Virus record (IMG/VR): IMGVR_UViG_3300025007_000005
Location: 1-25,102 of that record
From: a virus
Lineage: Duplodnaviria > Caudoviricetes
Length of the DNA: 25,102 bases
Direction: 5' to 3' (one strand)
The position numbers were made by a program, and so were the translations under genes. The notes beneath the pieces are model-generated. The model ran no database searches. It saw only the letters and a list, made by a program, of their open reading frames with translations, and was not told the DNA's origin. Positions 15,673 to 24,439 of this stretch are shown piece by piece. The stretch's first letter is position 1; the number at the start of each line of letters is the position of its first letter.

Positions 15673-16241
15673 CACGCGAGGCACGCGGCCGAGGGCACCT
15701 GTCGTCGATCGACATGCTGCCCGAAGAGGCAGAGGAAGACATCGTGTGGGCGCTTGACCAGCTGCGCGAGAACAAGCTGCCCCAGACCACGATCCTGGAA
15801 GAGTTCAACCTGCGCCTGGGCGACAAGGGCATCGATCCGATCAGCAAGAGTGCCTTCGGGCGGTATTCGATCCGCAAGGCCCGCCAGTTTCGGCAGCTGG
15901 ACGCCGTGCGCCGGATGAGCGCCGAGCTGGTCGAGACGCTGGGGCCCGAAGGCCCGGATGAAGTGACCGTGATGGTGGCGGAGATGATCAAGACCGCCGC
16001 ATACCAGGCGCTGGAAGGCGGCGAGCTGAAGCCGAAGGAAATCATGGAGCTTTCCCGGTCGCTGCAATCGGCCGTGGGCGCACAGTCCAAATCGGACGAA
16101 TACCGCAAGCAGCTGGAACAGCGCGTTGCTGCCCAGGTCGAAGCAGCCGCCGATCGGGCCGAGCAGGTTGTACGCGAAGCCGGGCTTTCGGCCGAGGCGA
16201 TCGCGCAGATGCGGCGCGAGTTCCTGGGCGTGAAGTCGTGA
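15669..16241 (+). CDS. Mu gp27 / DUF3486 family, putative terminase small subunit
   Basis: GRGHLSSIDMLPEE, ISKSAFGRY and GLSAEAIAQMRREFLGV. Confidence 0.88.
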   Translation: MTREARGRGHLSSIDMLPEEAEEDIVWALDQLRENKLPQTTILEEFNLRLGDKGIDPISKSAFGRYSIRKARQFRQLDAVRRMSAELVETLGPEGPDEVTVMVAEMIKTAAYQALEGGELKPKEIMELSRSLQSAVGAQSKSDEYRKQLEQRVAAQVEAAADRAEQVVREAGLSAEAIAQMRREFLGVKS

Positions 16242-16591
16242 AGAACTTTGTCGCCATAGATTTTGCCTGCAACGATCCCGACAGCGGCCTCTTCGCCGGT
16301 CGCGCGAGCGCGATCACATATGGCGATGCCGAGATCGAGGCTCAGAATATCGATGGGTTCAAGTTCACTTGGCTGGACGGGGCAATCCGCATCCATCGAG
16401 AAGTATTCGCAATCGAAGGGTGCAGCGAATGGGTCGGCAACTGGTGCTGGAACCGGTTCATCTTCAGACGAGACGTCGCGAAGAAGCTGCTTTTCACGCT
16501 CCGTGCCAATGGTTGGCGGGTCACCTGCGGCCCCTCGCTACTCTATAGCTGGTTTAACCGTAGCAATTCCGTTGGGATTTCGACCCCATGA
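16238..16591 (+). CDS. Inserted hypothetical protein (117 aa, Trp/Cys-rich)
   Basis: GTGA/ATGA coupling on both sides. Visibly more AT-rich codons than its neighbours. Confidence 0.7.
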   Translation: MKNFVAIDFACNDPDSGLFAGRASAITYGDAEIEAQNIDGFKFTWLDGAIRIHREVFAIEGCSEWVGNWCWNRFIFRRDVAKKLLFTLRANGWRVTCGPSLLYSWFNRSNSVGISTP

Positions 16592-18282
16592 TCGAGGCGG
16601 ACGCCCTGCCCACGGCCGACCAGGCGCCGCCGCGATCGCCGATCGACGATTGGGTGCCCGGCATGGTGCCGCCAGCCGATCTGGACCCGCTGGCCGATGG
16701 CATCTTGATGGCGCACCAGAAGGCGTGGATCGAGGACACATCGCCGCTGAAGCTGGCCGAAAAGGGGCGACGAACGGGCATCACCTTTGCCGAGGCGCTG
16801 GATACGACGTTGATCGCGGCTGCAGCCAAGAGCGCCGGTGGGGATTCGACCTATTACATCGGCGACACCAAGGACAAAGGGCTGGAATTCATCAGCACCT
16901 GCGCGGGCTTTGCCAAGCATGTGGCCAAAGAATTCCTGGCGATCGACGAATTCCTGTTCGACGACGTCCAACCAGACGGATCGAGTAAACAGATCGCCGC
17001 CTATCGCATCCGCTTTGCATCGGGGCACGTGGTGGTCGCGCTATCCAGCAACCCGGCCAATATCCGCGGCCTGCAGGGGCGCGTGATCATCGACGAGGCG
17101 GCATTCCACCGCAATGTGGCCGCGGTGATCGATGCCTGTAACGCTCTGCTGATCTGGGGCGGCGTGATCCGGATCATTTCGACCCACAACGGCAACCTCA
17201 ACCCGTTCAACGAGCTGATCAAGGAAACGCGCGCCGGCCAGTACGACTATTCGATACACACCATCACCTTCGACGATGCAGTGGAGAACGGCCTTTACGA
17301 GCGCGTGTGCCTGATGCGCGGTTGGGAGCCGAGCCCGGAAGGCAAAGCCGAGTGGTACCGGAAGGTTCGCCGTGCATACGGCAGCCGGGCGGAAGCCATG
17401 CGCGAAGAGCTGGACGCCATCGCGCGTGAGGGCGAAGGCGTATTGCTGCCACTGGCGTGGATCGAGAAGTGCAGCACCGACCGGTACCAGGTGCGGCGCT
17501 GGACATCGCCGGCGAAGGACAGCGCGGTGGGCGAATTCGTCCACTGGCCCGAGCGCGTGCGCCGCGCCGAAATGCTGTTGTGGCTGGAAGAGCAGGTCCG
17601 CCCGGTGCTGAAGGCGCATGCGGGACAGGGCTACACCTGGTTCTTGGGCGAAGATTTCGCCATGCGGCAGGACCGCACCTGCCTGGCACTGGGGTTTACC
17701 GACCAGCAGTTGAAGCGGCACGTGCCGCTGATCATCGAAATGGCGCAATGCCCATACGACCAGCAAAAGCAGGCACTGTTCTGGGCGGTCGACCTGGTGC
17801 AGGATCTGAACCGGTTCGGCGGCGGAATACTGGACGCAAACGGCAATGGCATGGCGCTGGCGCAGGAGGCCGCCCAGCGATACGGACCCGACCGTATCGT
17901 GGAGCTGATGCCATCGGATGCCTGGCGGCGCGAGACCGGGCCCCGGTTCCGCGCGGCATTCGAGGACGGGACGATCCTGATCCCCGCCGATCTGGATATT
18001 CGCGGTGACCTGCGCCAGCTGCAAACGATCGGCGGGGTGGCCAAGATGCCCACCCATATCCGCAACGAAGGCACCGATGGCGGCAAGCGCCACGGCGACG
18101 GCGCGATCGCGCTGTGGAATTTCCACGCCGCCACGATGAACGAGACGATCCCCGAATATGCCTATCGCGCGGTCAAGACCGGCGGTGGGACGGGCCACGA
18201 CAGTGATGACGATGACGATGGCGACGGCCGCAGCTGGTGGCGCCCGCCACTGGGCGCGGGCCGCGGAATGGGCGCGATATGA
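16588..18282 (+). CDS. Terminase large subunit (Mu gp28-like)
   Basis: EKGRRTGIT, NIRGLQGRVIIDEAAFH, ISTHNG, GEDFAM..D and HGDGAIA. Confidence 0.95.
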   Translation: MIEADALPTADQAPPRSPIDDWVPGMVPPADLDPLADGILMAHQKAWIEDTSPLKLAEKGRRTGITFAEALDTTLIAAAAKSAGGDSTYYIGDTKDKGLEFISTCAGFAKHVAKEFLAIDEFLFDDVQPDGSSKQIAAYRIRFASGHVVVALSSNPANIRGLQGRVIIDEAAFHRNVAAVIDACNALLIWGGVIRIISTHNGNLNPFNELIKETRAGQYDYSIHTITFDDAVENGLYERVCLMRGWEPSPEGKAEWYRKVRRAYGSRAEAMREELDAIAREGEGVLLPLAWIEKCSTDRYQVRRWTSPAKDSAVGEFVHWPERVRRAEMLLWLEEQVRPVLKAHAGQGYTWFLGEDFAMRQDRTCLALGFTDQQLKRHVPLIIEMAQCPYDQQKQALFWAVDLVQDLNRFGGGILDANGNGMALAQEAAQRYGPDRIVELMPSDAWRRETGPRFRAAFEDGTILIPADLDIRGDLRQLQTIGGVAKMPTHIRNEGTDGGKRHGDGAIALWNFHAATMNETIPEYAYRAVKTGGGTGHDSDDDDDGDGRSWWRPPLGAGRGMGAI

Positions 18283-18409
18283 GAATTTGCGCGAGAATGG
18301 CCGCTGAAGCCGCCCAAGGCCCCGTGACAGCCAATTTTCCGGCGCCTGCCTTCTCAGGGCCTTTAAAATCGCCGCTACGGGGCATTTCAAACCGAAGGGA
18401 CAATCGAAA
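18283..18409. other. Candidate strong gyrase site (SGS)-like element
   Basis: Intergenic, with A/T and G/C tracts alternating at roughly helical periodicity. About 18.2 kb from the left end. Confidence 0.5.
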
Positions 18410-19981
18410 ATGACGGCGCTGGTCGATCAATGGGGCAATCCGCTGCGCAAGGCAGTGCTGACCCGCGAAGTGGCCGGCCCCACGCTGGCGGGCGTGCGCC
18501 AGCCGATCGCCGGCTACCCGGCCGATGGGCTGAACCCTGTTCGTCTGGCCAATATCCTGCGCGAAGCCGACCAGGGCGAACCGCTGAGCTATTTCGAGCT
18601 GGCCGAGCAGATCGAAGAGCGCGATCCGCATTACGTGGGCGTGCTGGGCACACGCAAGCGCGCGGTCAGCCAGCTGGACATCACCGTGGAACCGGCATCG
18701 GACAGTGCGGAAGATCAGCGCCGTGCGGACATGGTGACCGAATGGCTGAAGCGCGACGAGCTGGCGGACGAGATGTTCGACATACTCGATGCGGTGGGCA
18801 AGGGTATTTCCTTCACCGAGATCATCTGGGAAGTCAGCGAGGGCCAGTATCTCCCTGCCCGACTGGAGCGCTGCGACCCGCGGTTCTTCAAATACGATCG
18901 GGACGGGCGCACGCCGCTGCTGCGCGGGGGTGAGGACGGCAAGGGCCAGGACAGTCCTCTGCCGGCGTTCAAGTTCATCCAGATGCAGATCAAGGCGAAG
19001 AGCGGGCTGCCGATCCGATCGGGACTGGCGCGGATTGCCGCGTGGAGCTGGATGTTCAAGGCCTATACCCAGCGCGACTGGGCGATCTTCACCCAGACCT
19101 ATGGCCAGCCGATCCGCGTGGGCAAGTATCACGCCGGCGCCAGCCAGGACGATCGCGACACGTTGTATCGCGCGGTGGCCAATATCGCGGGTGACTGCGC
19201 GGCGATCATCCCCGAAGGCATGGACATCGATTTCGTCGAGGCACAGAACGTTTCGGCCGGATCGGCGCTCTACGAAAAGCGCGCCGACTGGCTGGACAGG
19301 CAGATCTCGAAAGCCGTGCTGGGCCAGACCAACACCACCGATGCGCAGGCAGGCGGGCTGGGATCGGGCCAGGCAGACGCCCACAACGACGTGCGCGAGG
19401 ATATCGAGAAGGCGGATGGTAAGAGCGCCTCCGCCGTGTTCAACCGCGACCTGGTGCGCCCATGGTGCGATCTCGAGTTCGGGCCGGGCAGTGCCTATCC
19501 CAAGGTGACGATCGCACGGCCGGAGCAGGAAGACCTGAAGCTGCTTTCGGAAAGCCTGAAGGAGATGGTGCCGCTGGGCCTGCGCGTCAGCGCCACCGAG
19601 ATCCGCAGCAAGTTCGGCCTTTCCGATCCGGGCGAGACGGACGAGATCCTGACCGCGCCAGCATCGGCGCCAAACGCATTCGATCCCGCCCGGCCCGGCG
19701 CCGATCGGAACGCGTTGACGCTGCATGCGCGGCAGAGCCCGAAGCATCCGGCCGAGATCATCGCCCTGCAGCTGGCGGACAAGGGCGACACCCATGTGCG
19801 GGAGATGGCGAGCACGATCGAGACGATGCTGCAGCGCGCCGGCGACTTGCATGAATTCCGCGCCATGCTGGCCAGCGCCTTCGGGGACATCGACAGCGCC
19901 GCCTTGGCCGACGTCATCGCGGGCGGGCTGGCGGCCGCGCATGCCGCCGGGCGGAGCGACGTGGCCGACGAGAGCGCCTGA
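18410..19981 (+). CDS. Portal protein (Mu gp29, DUF935)
   Basis: EERDPHY..VLGTRKRAV, DWAIFTQTYGQPIRVGKY and ISKAVLGQT. Confidence 0.95.
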   Translation: MTALVDQWGNPLRKAVLTREVAGPTLAGVRQPIAGYPADGLNPVRLANILREADQGEPLSYFELAEQIEERDPHYVGVLGTRKRAVSQLDITVEPASDSAEDQRRADMVTEWLKRDELADEMFDILDAVGKGISFTEIIWEVSEGQYLPARLERCDPRFFKYDRDGRTPLLRGGEDGKGQDSPLPAFKFIQMQIKAKSGLPIRSGLARIAAWSWMFKAYTQRDWAIFTQTYGQPIRVGKYHAGASQDDRDTLYRAVANIAGDCAAIIPEGMDIDFVEAQNVSAGSALYEKRADWLDRQISKAVLGQTNTTDAQAGGLGSGQADAHNDVREDIEKADGKSASAVFNRDLVRPWCDLEFGPGSAYPKVTIARPEQEDLKLLSESLKEMVPLGLRVSATEIRSKFGLSDPGETDEILTAPASAPNAFDPARPGADRNALTLHARQSPKHPAEIIALQLADKGDTHVREMASTIETMLQRAGDLHEFRAMLASAFGDIDSAALADVIAGGLAAAHAAGRSDVADESA

Positions 19982-21270
19982 TGCCCGAGGATACCGGCCA
20001 GCATCCATCCGGCGTATCGGGCGCGCTGGGGCGGCCATTCACCGAGCAGGTGGCCTTCTTCCGCCGCAAGCTGGGCAACCAAGTGCCGACGCAAAGGTGG
20101 GACGATATCACCGGTGCCGCGCATGACGATGCGTTCATGGTGGCCGGCGCGGTCAAGGCGGATCTGCTATCCGACCTCGCGGCCGCGGTAGACAAGGCGA
20201 TCAGCGAAGGGCGCGGGATCGAGGAGTTCCGCCGCGACTTTCGCGCGATCGTGAAACGCCACGGCTGGACGGGATGGGCCGGTGAAGGCAGCACGGGGGG
20301 CGAGGCCTGGCGGGTGGGCGTGATCTACCGCACCAATTCCTACACCAGCTATGCCGCCGGCCGGTATGCCCAGCTGCAGGCAGGCAATTTCCCCTGGTGG
20401 GTCTATCGTCACGGCGGCAGCCTGGAGCCGAGGCCGCAGCACCTGAGCTGGGACGGCACGCCCCTTCCCCCCGATCACCCGTTCTGGAAAACGCATTACC
20501 CGCCCAGCGACTGGGGCTGTTCCTGCTATGTCGTGGGGGCGCGATCGACGCGCGGCATCAAGCGCGTGGGCGGCGTGCCAGGCAAGCAATTGCCCGATGG
20601 ATGGAATTCACGAGATCCGAAGACCGGGGCGCCGCCCGGCATCGGCAAGGGATGGGATTATGCGCCCGGCGCCAGCGTTTCGGAAACCGTCCAGGCGATG
20701 GCGCGCAAGGTCGGCAGCTGGGAATACCAGATCGGCAAGGCCTTCATGGCCAGCCTTCCGGCAGAGACTGCCGATGCGCTGGCCGACAGCTATCGCGCGC
20801 TGCCCGGCACCGCCACCGACACGCGCCGCTATGCCGCGCAGGTTCTGGAGCCCAAGCAGAACCTGCCGGCACCGCCCGCGCGCACGCTGGGAAGGCTGCG
20901 CAGCGACCAGGCGCGCATCATCGAAGCCGAGCTGGGCCGATCGGTCGAGGGCTTCGATTTCAGCCTGGACCCTTCGGCAGTGGGCCATGTGCGCGGCGAG
21001 CATGGCAACCCGCTGAAGGAATGGCGCAGCCGCCAGCGTGCGGTGACGATTGCCGACTATGCGCAGCTACCGCGTGTCGCCAGTTCGGCCGATCTGGTCC
21101 GGTTACCGCAAAAATCGGATATGGGCGAAGATCTGTTCGAACAGCGCCTGACGATAGGCAACGATACTTTCGTGGCGCGCTGGGTGGCCCGCGGCAGGTT
21201 GCGCCGCACGGTGGCGCTGAAGACCTTGTTCATCGAAGTGGAAGAGCGCGGCCCGAAGCCCACGTCCTGA
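19981..21270 (+). CDS. MuF (gp30) head morphogenesis protein with a C-terminal PBECR-like nuclease extension
   Basis: AFMVAGA, IYRTN, RPQHLSWDG, HPFWKTHYPPSDWGCSC and GWDYAPG. The extension (aa ~301-429) has AVGHVRGEHG, QRAVTIADY..LP.V and VALKTLF. Confidence 0.9.
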   Translation: MPEDTGQHPSGVSGALGRPFTEQVAFFRRKLGNQVPTQRWDDITGAAHDDAFMVAGAVKADLLSDLAAAVDKAISEGRGIEEFRRDFRAIVKRHGWTGWAGEGSTGGEAWRVGVIYRTNSYTSYAAGRYAQLQAGNFPWWVYRHGGSLEPRPQHLSWDGTPLPPDHPFWKTHYPPSDWGCSCYVVGARSTRGIKRVGGVPGKQLPDGWNSRDPKTGAPPGIGKGWDYAPGASVSETVQAMARKVGSWEYQIGKAFMASLPAETADALADSYRALPGTATDTRRYAAQVLEPKQNLPAPPARTLGRLRSDQARIIEAELGRSVEGFDFSLDPSAVGHVRGEHGNPLKEWRSRQRAVTIADYAQLPRVASSADLVRLPQKSDMGEDLFEQRLTIGNDTFVARWVARGRLRRTVALKTLFIEVEERGPKPTS

Positions 21271-21309
21271 TCCGTTCCCGGTTATTGGCCGGGCGGCCCG
21301 ATCCGCGCC
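21245..21309 (-). ncRNA. Predicted structured antisense small RNA over the MuF-toxin 3' end
   Basis: Closing stem GGCGCGG/CCGCGCU, hairpin CCCGG-CCAAUAA-CCGGG and hairpin ACG-N8-CGU. Lies downstream of a TTGAGT-N17-TATATC promoter. Confidence 0.5.
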
Positions 21310-21315
21310 AGGAGA

Positions 21316-21344
21316 GATATAGGCATGTTCGATTATGAACTCAA
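21316..21344 (-). promoter_or_regulatory. Antisense sigma70-like promoter
   Basis: -35 TTGAGT (21344-21339), 17-nt spacer, -10 TATATC (21321-21316) in a GCCTATAT context. Confidence 0.55.
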
Positions 21345-21816
21345 CGGCGAGGCAGCGCGCAAGGCCTTGCGCGAGGCGATGGAGCGCCTGGACGACATGA
21401 CGCCGGTCTATACCGATATCGGCGAATATCTGCTGGAACAGCGCCGCGCGCGGTTCCGCAGCGGGACCGACCCCGATGGCAAGCCCTGGGCACCCAAGCG
21501 ACAATCCACGCTCGATCGCTATAAACGGCTTGGCTACGGCACGCTCAATCGCCCTTTGATAGGCCCTTCAAAGGCGCTTTCACGGCAGATCCAGCGCATC
21601 GTCAGCAAGGATGGCGTGGTGATCGGATCATCGCTGGCCTATGCCCGCACGATGCAGGAAGGCGCTGCCAAGGGTGCTTTCGGCAGCGATGCCCGCGGCA
21701 ACCCGCTGCCCTGGGGCAATATCCCGGCGCGGCGCTGGCTGGATCTGTCCGACGAGGAAGAGCTGGAGATCGTGGCGATCGCCGAAGAGCACCTGGAAGG
21801 ATTGCTCGAGCAATAG
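21325..21816 (+). CDS. Virion morphogenesis protein (Mu gpG/gp31)
   Basis: RFRSGTDPDGKPWAP, IGSSLAYA..MQEG and PWGNIPARRWL. GGAG RBS. Confidence 0.9.
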   Translation: MFDYELNGEAARKALREAMERLDDMTPVYTDIGEYLLEQRRARFRSGTDPDGKPWAPKRQSTLDRYKRLGYGTLNRPLIGPSKALSRQIQRIVSKDGVVIGSSLAYARTMQEGAAKGAFGSDARGNPLPWGNIPARRWLDLSDEEELEIVAIAEEHLEGLLEQ

Positions 21817-21935
21817 GCGTGGCGCACGCCGCATCCGACACAAGCGCATTGCCAGCAACCCCGAAGCTGTGGCAGCCAGATGGCGGCCGCGCGGCGAATC
21901 GCTGCAGGCCGATCCCCCACAATTAATCGTGCTGC

Positions 21936-21956
21936 TGCCCGCGCCCGCGGGCATGC
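21936..21956 (+). promoter_or_regulatory. Late-promoter activator site 2 (PI-like)
   Basis: Identical to 12330-12350. Starts 54 nt before the protease ATG. Confidence 0.75.
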
Positions 21957-21989
21957 CATCGCCGTGCGCGCGGTGCCAATCAGGCTTTC

Positions 21990-23066
21990 ATGACGACGAA
22001 AGCCGCCCTTGCCCTGTGTTCCGCCCTTCCGCTGGGAGACGTGGCGGGCGATTTGGGTGAGACCGAATGGCTGCACCTGCTGCCCGGCGGCGGGCATATC
22101 CGCACCGGTGACGGGCGCGGCCCCTACACGGTCGACGACTACGAAGCGCTTGCTGCTGCCAGCCTGAGCGACGGAGAGCGCCTTGTCCTCGACGAGTGCC
22201 ATTCCACCGATCTGGCTGCGCCCAGGGGACAGGCGGCGCCGGCGCGGGGGTGGATCGTGGAGCTGCAGGCGCGCGCCGATGGCATCTGGGGTCTGGTCGA
22301 ATGGACCGGGACCGGGCGCCAGCTGCGCGCCGACAAGGCCTATCGCGGAATTTCCCCCGTCATCCAGCACACGAAGGCCGGCGTGATCACCGCAATCAAG
22401 CGCGCGAGCCTGGTCAACGATCCCAATCTTCAGGGGCTGACTGCCCTGCACAGCAAGGAAAGCGAAATGGATTTCAAGGCAATGTTGATCGAGCTGCTGA
22501 AGCTCGATGCCGATGCTGATGACGCCGCGATCGAGGCGGCGCTGCGCAAGGCGATGGGCGGCAGCGGCGAAGCCGAAACCGCCGTGCAAAGCGCGCTGGC
22601 CCCGATCCGCAAGCAGCTGGGCCTGGGCGATGACGGCGATATCGCCGGCACGATCACTGCGCTGCAGGCCGCGGGAAATGACGACAAGCAAGCCGAGGTC
22701 ATCACTTCGCTGCAGGGGCAGCTGGCCGATGTCAGCACCCAGCTGACTGCGTTGCAGGCGAAGCAGTCGCTCGATGCCGCCACCGCATTCGTCGACAAGG
22801 CGATCGAGGAGGGCCGCGTGGGCGTGAAGCCGCAGCGCGATGTCTACATCGCCATGCACCAGGAAAATCCGCAGCGCACCGAAACGCTGATCGGCGCCAT
22901 GGCCAAGGTCGGCGGCGGTCCCGCGCTGCACCAGCGCGGCGTGCCCGGCCGCACCGCAGAACTGGACGACGCCGACAACAGCGTGATCGCGCTGATGGGC
23001 CTCGATCCCGATGAATTCAAGAAGACCCGCGCCGCCGAACTGGGCGTGGAACAGGAGGCAATCTGA
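21990..23066 (+). CDS. Mu-like prohead protease I with C-terminal scaffold
   Basis: WLHLLP.G...DGRGP, LDECHST, APARGWI, VEWT, YRGISPV and SLVNDPNL. Confidence 0.93.
   Translation: MTTKAALALCSALPLGDVAGDLGETEWLHLLPGGGHIRTGDGRGPYTVDDYEALAAASLSDGERLVLDECHSTDLAAPRGQAAPARGWIVELQARADGIWGLVEWTGTGRQLRADKAYRGISPVIQHTKAGVITAIKRASLVNDPNLQGLTALHSKESEMDFKAMLIELLKLDADADDAAIEAALRKAMGGSGEAETAVQSALAPIRKQLGLGDDGDIAGTITALQAAGNDDKQAEVITSLQGQLADVSTQLTALQAKQSLDAATAFVDKAIEEGRVGVKPQRDVYIAMHQENPQRTETLIGAMAKVGGGPALHQRGVPGRTAELDDADNSVIALMGLDPDEFKKTRAAELGVEQEAI
22467..23066 (+). CDS. Scaffold protein (Mu gpZ-like) from an internal in-frame start
   Basis: AAGGAAAG precedes an in-frame ATG (MDFKAM...) just after the protease domain, as for Mu I/Z. 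Confidence 0.65.
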   Translation: MDFKAMLIELLKLDADADDAAIEAALRKAMGGSGEAETAVQSALAPIRKQLGLGDDGDIAGTITALQAAGNDDKQAEVITSLQGQLADVSTQLTALQAKQSLDAATAFVDKAIEEGRVGVKPQRDVYIAMHQENPQRTETLIGAMAKVGGGPALHQRGVPGRTAELDDADNSVIALMGLDPDEFKKTRAAELGVEQEAI

Positions 23067-23067
23067 C

Positions 23068-23472
23068 ATGGCCCTTTCCGCCGATCGCAACACGCCGCGC
23101 AAGGAAGGCGATCTTCGCCAGTTCCCTGTGGCGGCCAACGCCAAGATCTTCGCCGGCGCGCTGGTGTGCCTGGATGCAGCGGGCAACGCAACGCCCGGCG
23201 CTGTTGCCACCACGCTGACGGCGGTGGGCCGCGCAGAAGCCCAGGCCGACAACACCGGGGGTGATGCTGGCGATCTGAAGGTGGACGTGCGCAAGGGCAC
23301 GTTCCGCTACGCCAACAGCGCCGCCGCCGACGCCATTGGCCCCGAGGACATCGGCAAGACTGCCTACGTGGTCGACGATGAAACCGTCGCCCTGACCGAT
23401 GGCACGGGCACCCGTTCCGCCGCCGGCACCATCTACGATGTGGACGCCCAGGGCGTCTGGATCACGCACTGA
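23068..23472 (+). CDS. Capsid cement/decoration-like protein
   Basis: AGGAGG RBS. FPVAANAKIFAGALV and DIGKTAYVVDDETV. Lies between the protease and major capsid genes. Confidence 0.8.
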   Translation: MALSADRNTPRKEGDLRQFPVAANAKIFAGALVCLDAAGNATPGAVATTLTAVGRAEAQADNTGGDAGDLKVDVRKGTFRYANSAAADAIGPEDIGKTAYVVDDETVALTDGTGTRSAAGTIYDVDAQGVWITH

Positions 23473-23485
23473 GGGACCCTGAACC

Positions 23486-24385
23486 ATGATCATCAATAGC
23501 GCCAACCTGGCCGCCCTGCGCACCGGCTATTCCACCGCGATGCAAAAGGGCCAGCAGTCGGCCGCCAAGCCGATGGCCCCGCGCATCAGCACCCGCGTGA
23601 AGGCCACCCAGAAGGAACAGAAATACGGGTGGCTGGGCAAGATGCCCGACGTTCGCGAATGGATCGGCGATCGCGTGGTCCAGAACATCGCCGAGCACGA
23701 CTATGCCATCAAGGAAAAGAAGTTCGAGCTGACGCTGGGCGTCGATCGCGACGACATCGAAACCGACAATCTGGGCCATTATGCCCTGCTGTTCGAACAG
23801 ATGGGCGAAAGCACGGTGACCAAGCCCGAACGCCTGATCTGGGAACTGCTGAAGGCCGGCTTCGCCACCGAATGCTACGACGGGCAGTTCTTCTTCGACA
23901 CCGATCACCCGGTGCTGGACGAAAACGGCGAAGAAACTTCGGTTGCCAACACCGATGGCGGTGCCGGCACGCCCTGGTTCCTGCTGGACACCAACCGCGT
24001 GATCAAGCCGATCCTGCTGCAGGTTCGCCGCGATTTCGACCAGCTGGTGGCGAAGGACAAGCCGACCGACGACAACGTGTTCGATCGCAACGAGTACGTT
24101 TACGGCACCGATGCCCGCATGAACGTGGGCTACGGCTTCTGGCAGCAGGCCTGGGGGTCGAAGCAGGCGCTCGATGCCGCCAGCTACGCTGCGGCGCGCG
24201 CTGCGCTTTCCAGCATGAAGGGCGATTACGGCCGCCCGCTGGGCATCATGCCCAACCTGCTGGTGGTGCCGCCCAGCCTGGAAAGCGCCGGCCGCAAGAT
24301 CCTGAACAGCGAAAACGCCGCCGCCGGCGAGACCAACGAATGGAAGGGCACGGCCGAGCTCATGGTCGTCCCCTGGCTCGCGTAA
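23486..24385 (+). CDS. Major capsid protein (Mu gpT-like)
   Basis: YGWLGKMPDVREWIGDR, CYDGQFFFDTDHPV, YGTDARMNVGYGFWQ and GRPLGIMPNLLVVPP. Confidence 0.96.
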   Translation: MIINSANLAALRTGYSTAMQKGQQSAAKPMAPRISTRVKATQKEQKYGWLGKMPDVREWIGDRVVQNIAEHDYAIKEKKFELTLGVDRDDIETDNLGHYALLFEQMGESTVTKPERLIWELLKAGFATECYDGQFFFDTDHPVLDENGEETSVANTDGGAGTPWFLLDTNRVIKPILLQVRRDFDQLVAKDKPTDDNVFDRNEYVYGTDARMNVGYGFWQQAWGSKQALDAASYAAARAALSSMKGDYGRPLGIMPNLLVVPPSLESAGRKILNSENAAAGETNEWKGTAELMVVPWLA

Positions 24386-24410
24386 CCGGCGCGCCAGCGC
24401 GCCAGAGACG

Positions 24411-24439
24411 GCCCGCCGCTTTCGGGCGGCGGGTCTTTT
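24411..24439 (+). terminator. Intrinsic terminator after the major capsid gene
   Basis: GCCCGCCGC-TTTCGG-GCGGCGGGT followed by CTTTT. Confidence 0.7.

Noticed and set aside
18200-18230. GATGAC-type microrepeat
   Set aside because: It simply encodes the acidic low-complexity tail of TerL.
21245-21309. Canonical tRNA gene
   Set aside because: It lacks a D-arm, a TTCRA T-loop and U33. It is reported only as a structured RNA with an anticodon-arm-like hairpin.
21817-21935. SGS at the Mu-equivalent G-I gap
   Set aside because: It shows little phased A/T-tract pattern compared with 18283-18409 and is better explained as the late promoter region, although it is not excluded.
17041-23300. Long minus-strand ORFs (449, 621 and 553 aa) opposite terL, portal and protease
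   Set aside because: They are shadow ORFs of clearly identified plus-strand structural genes.
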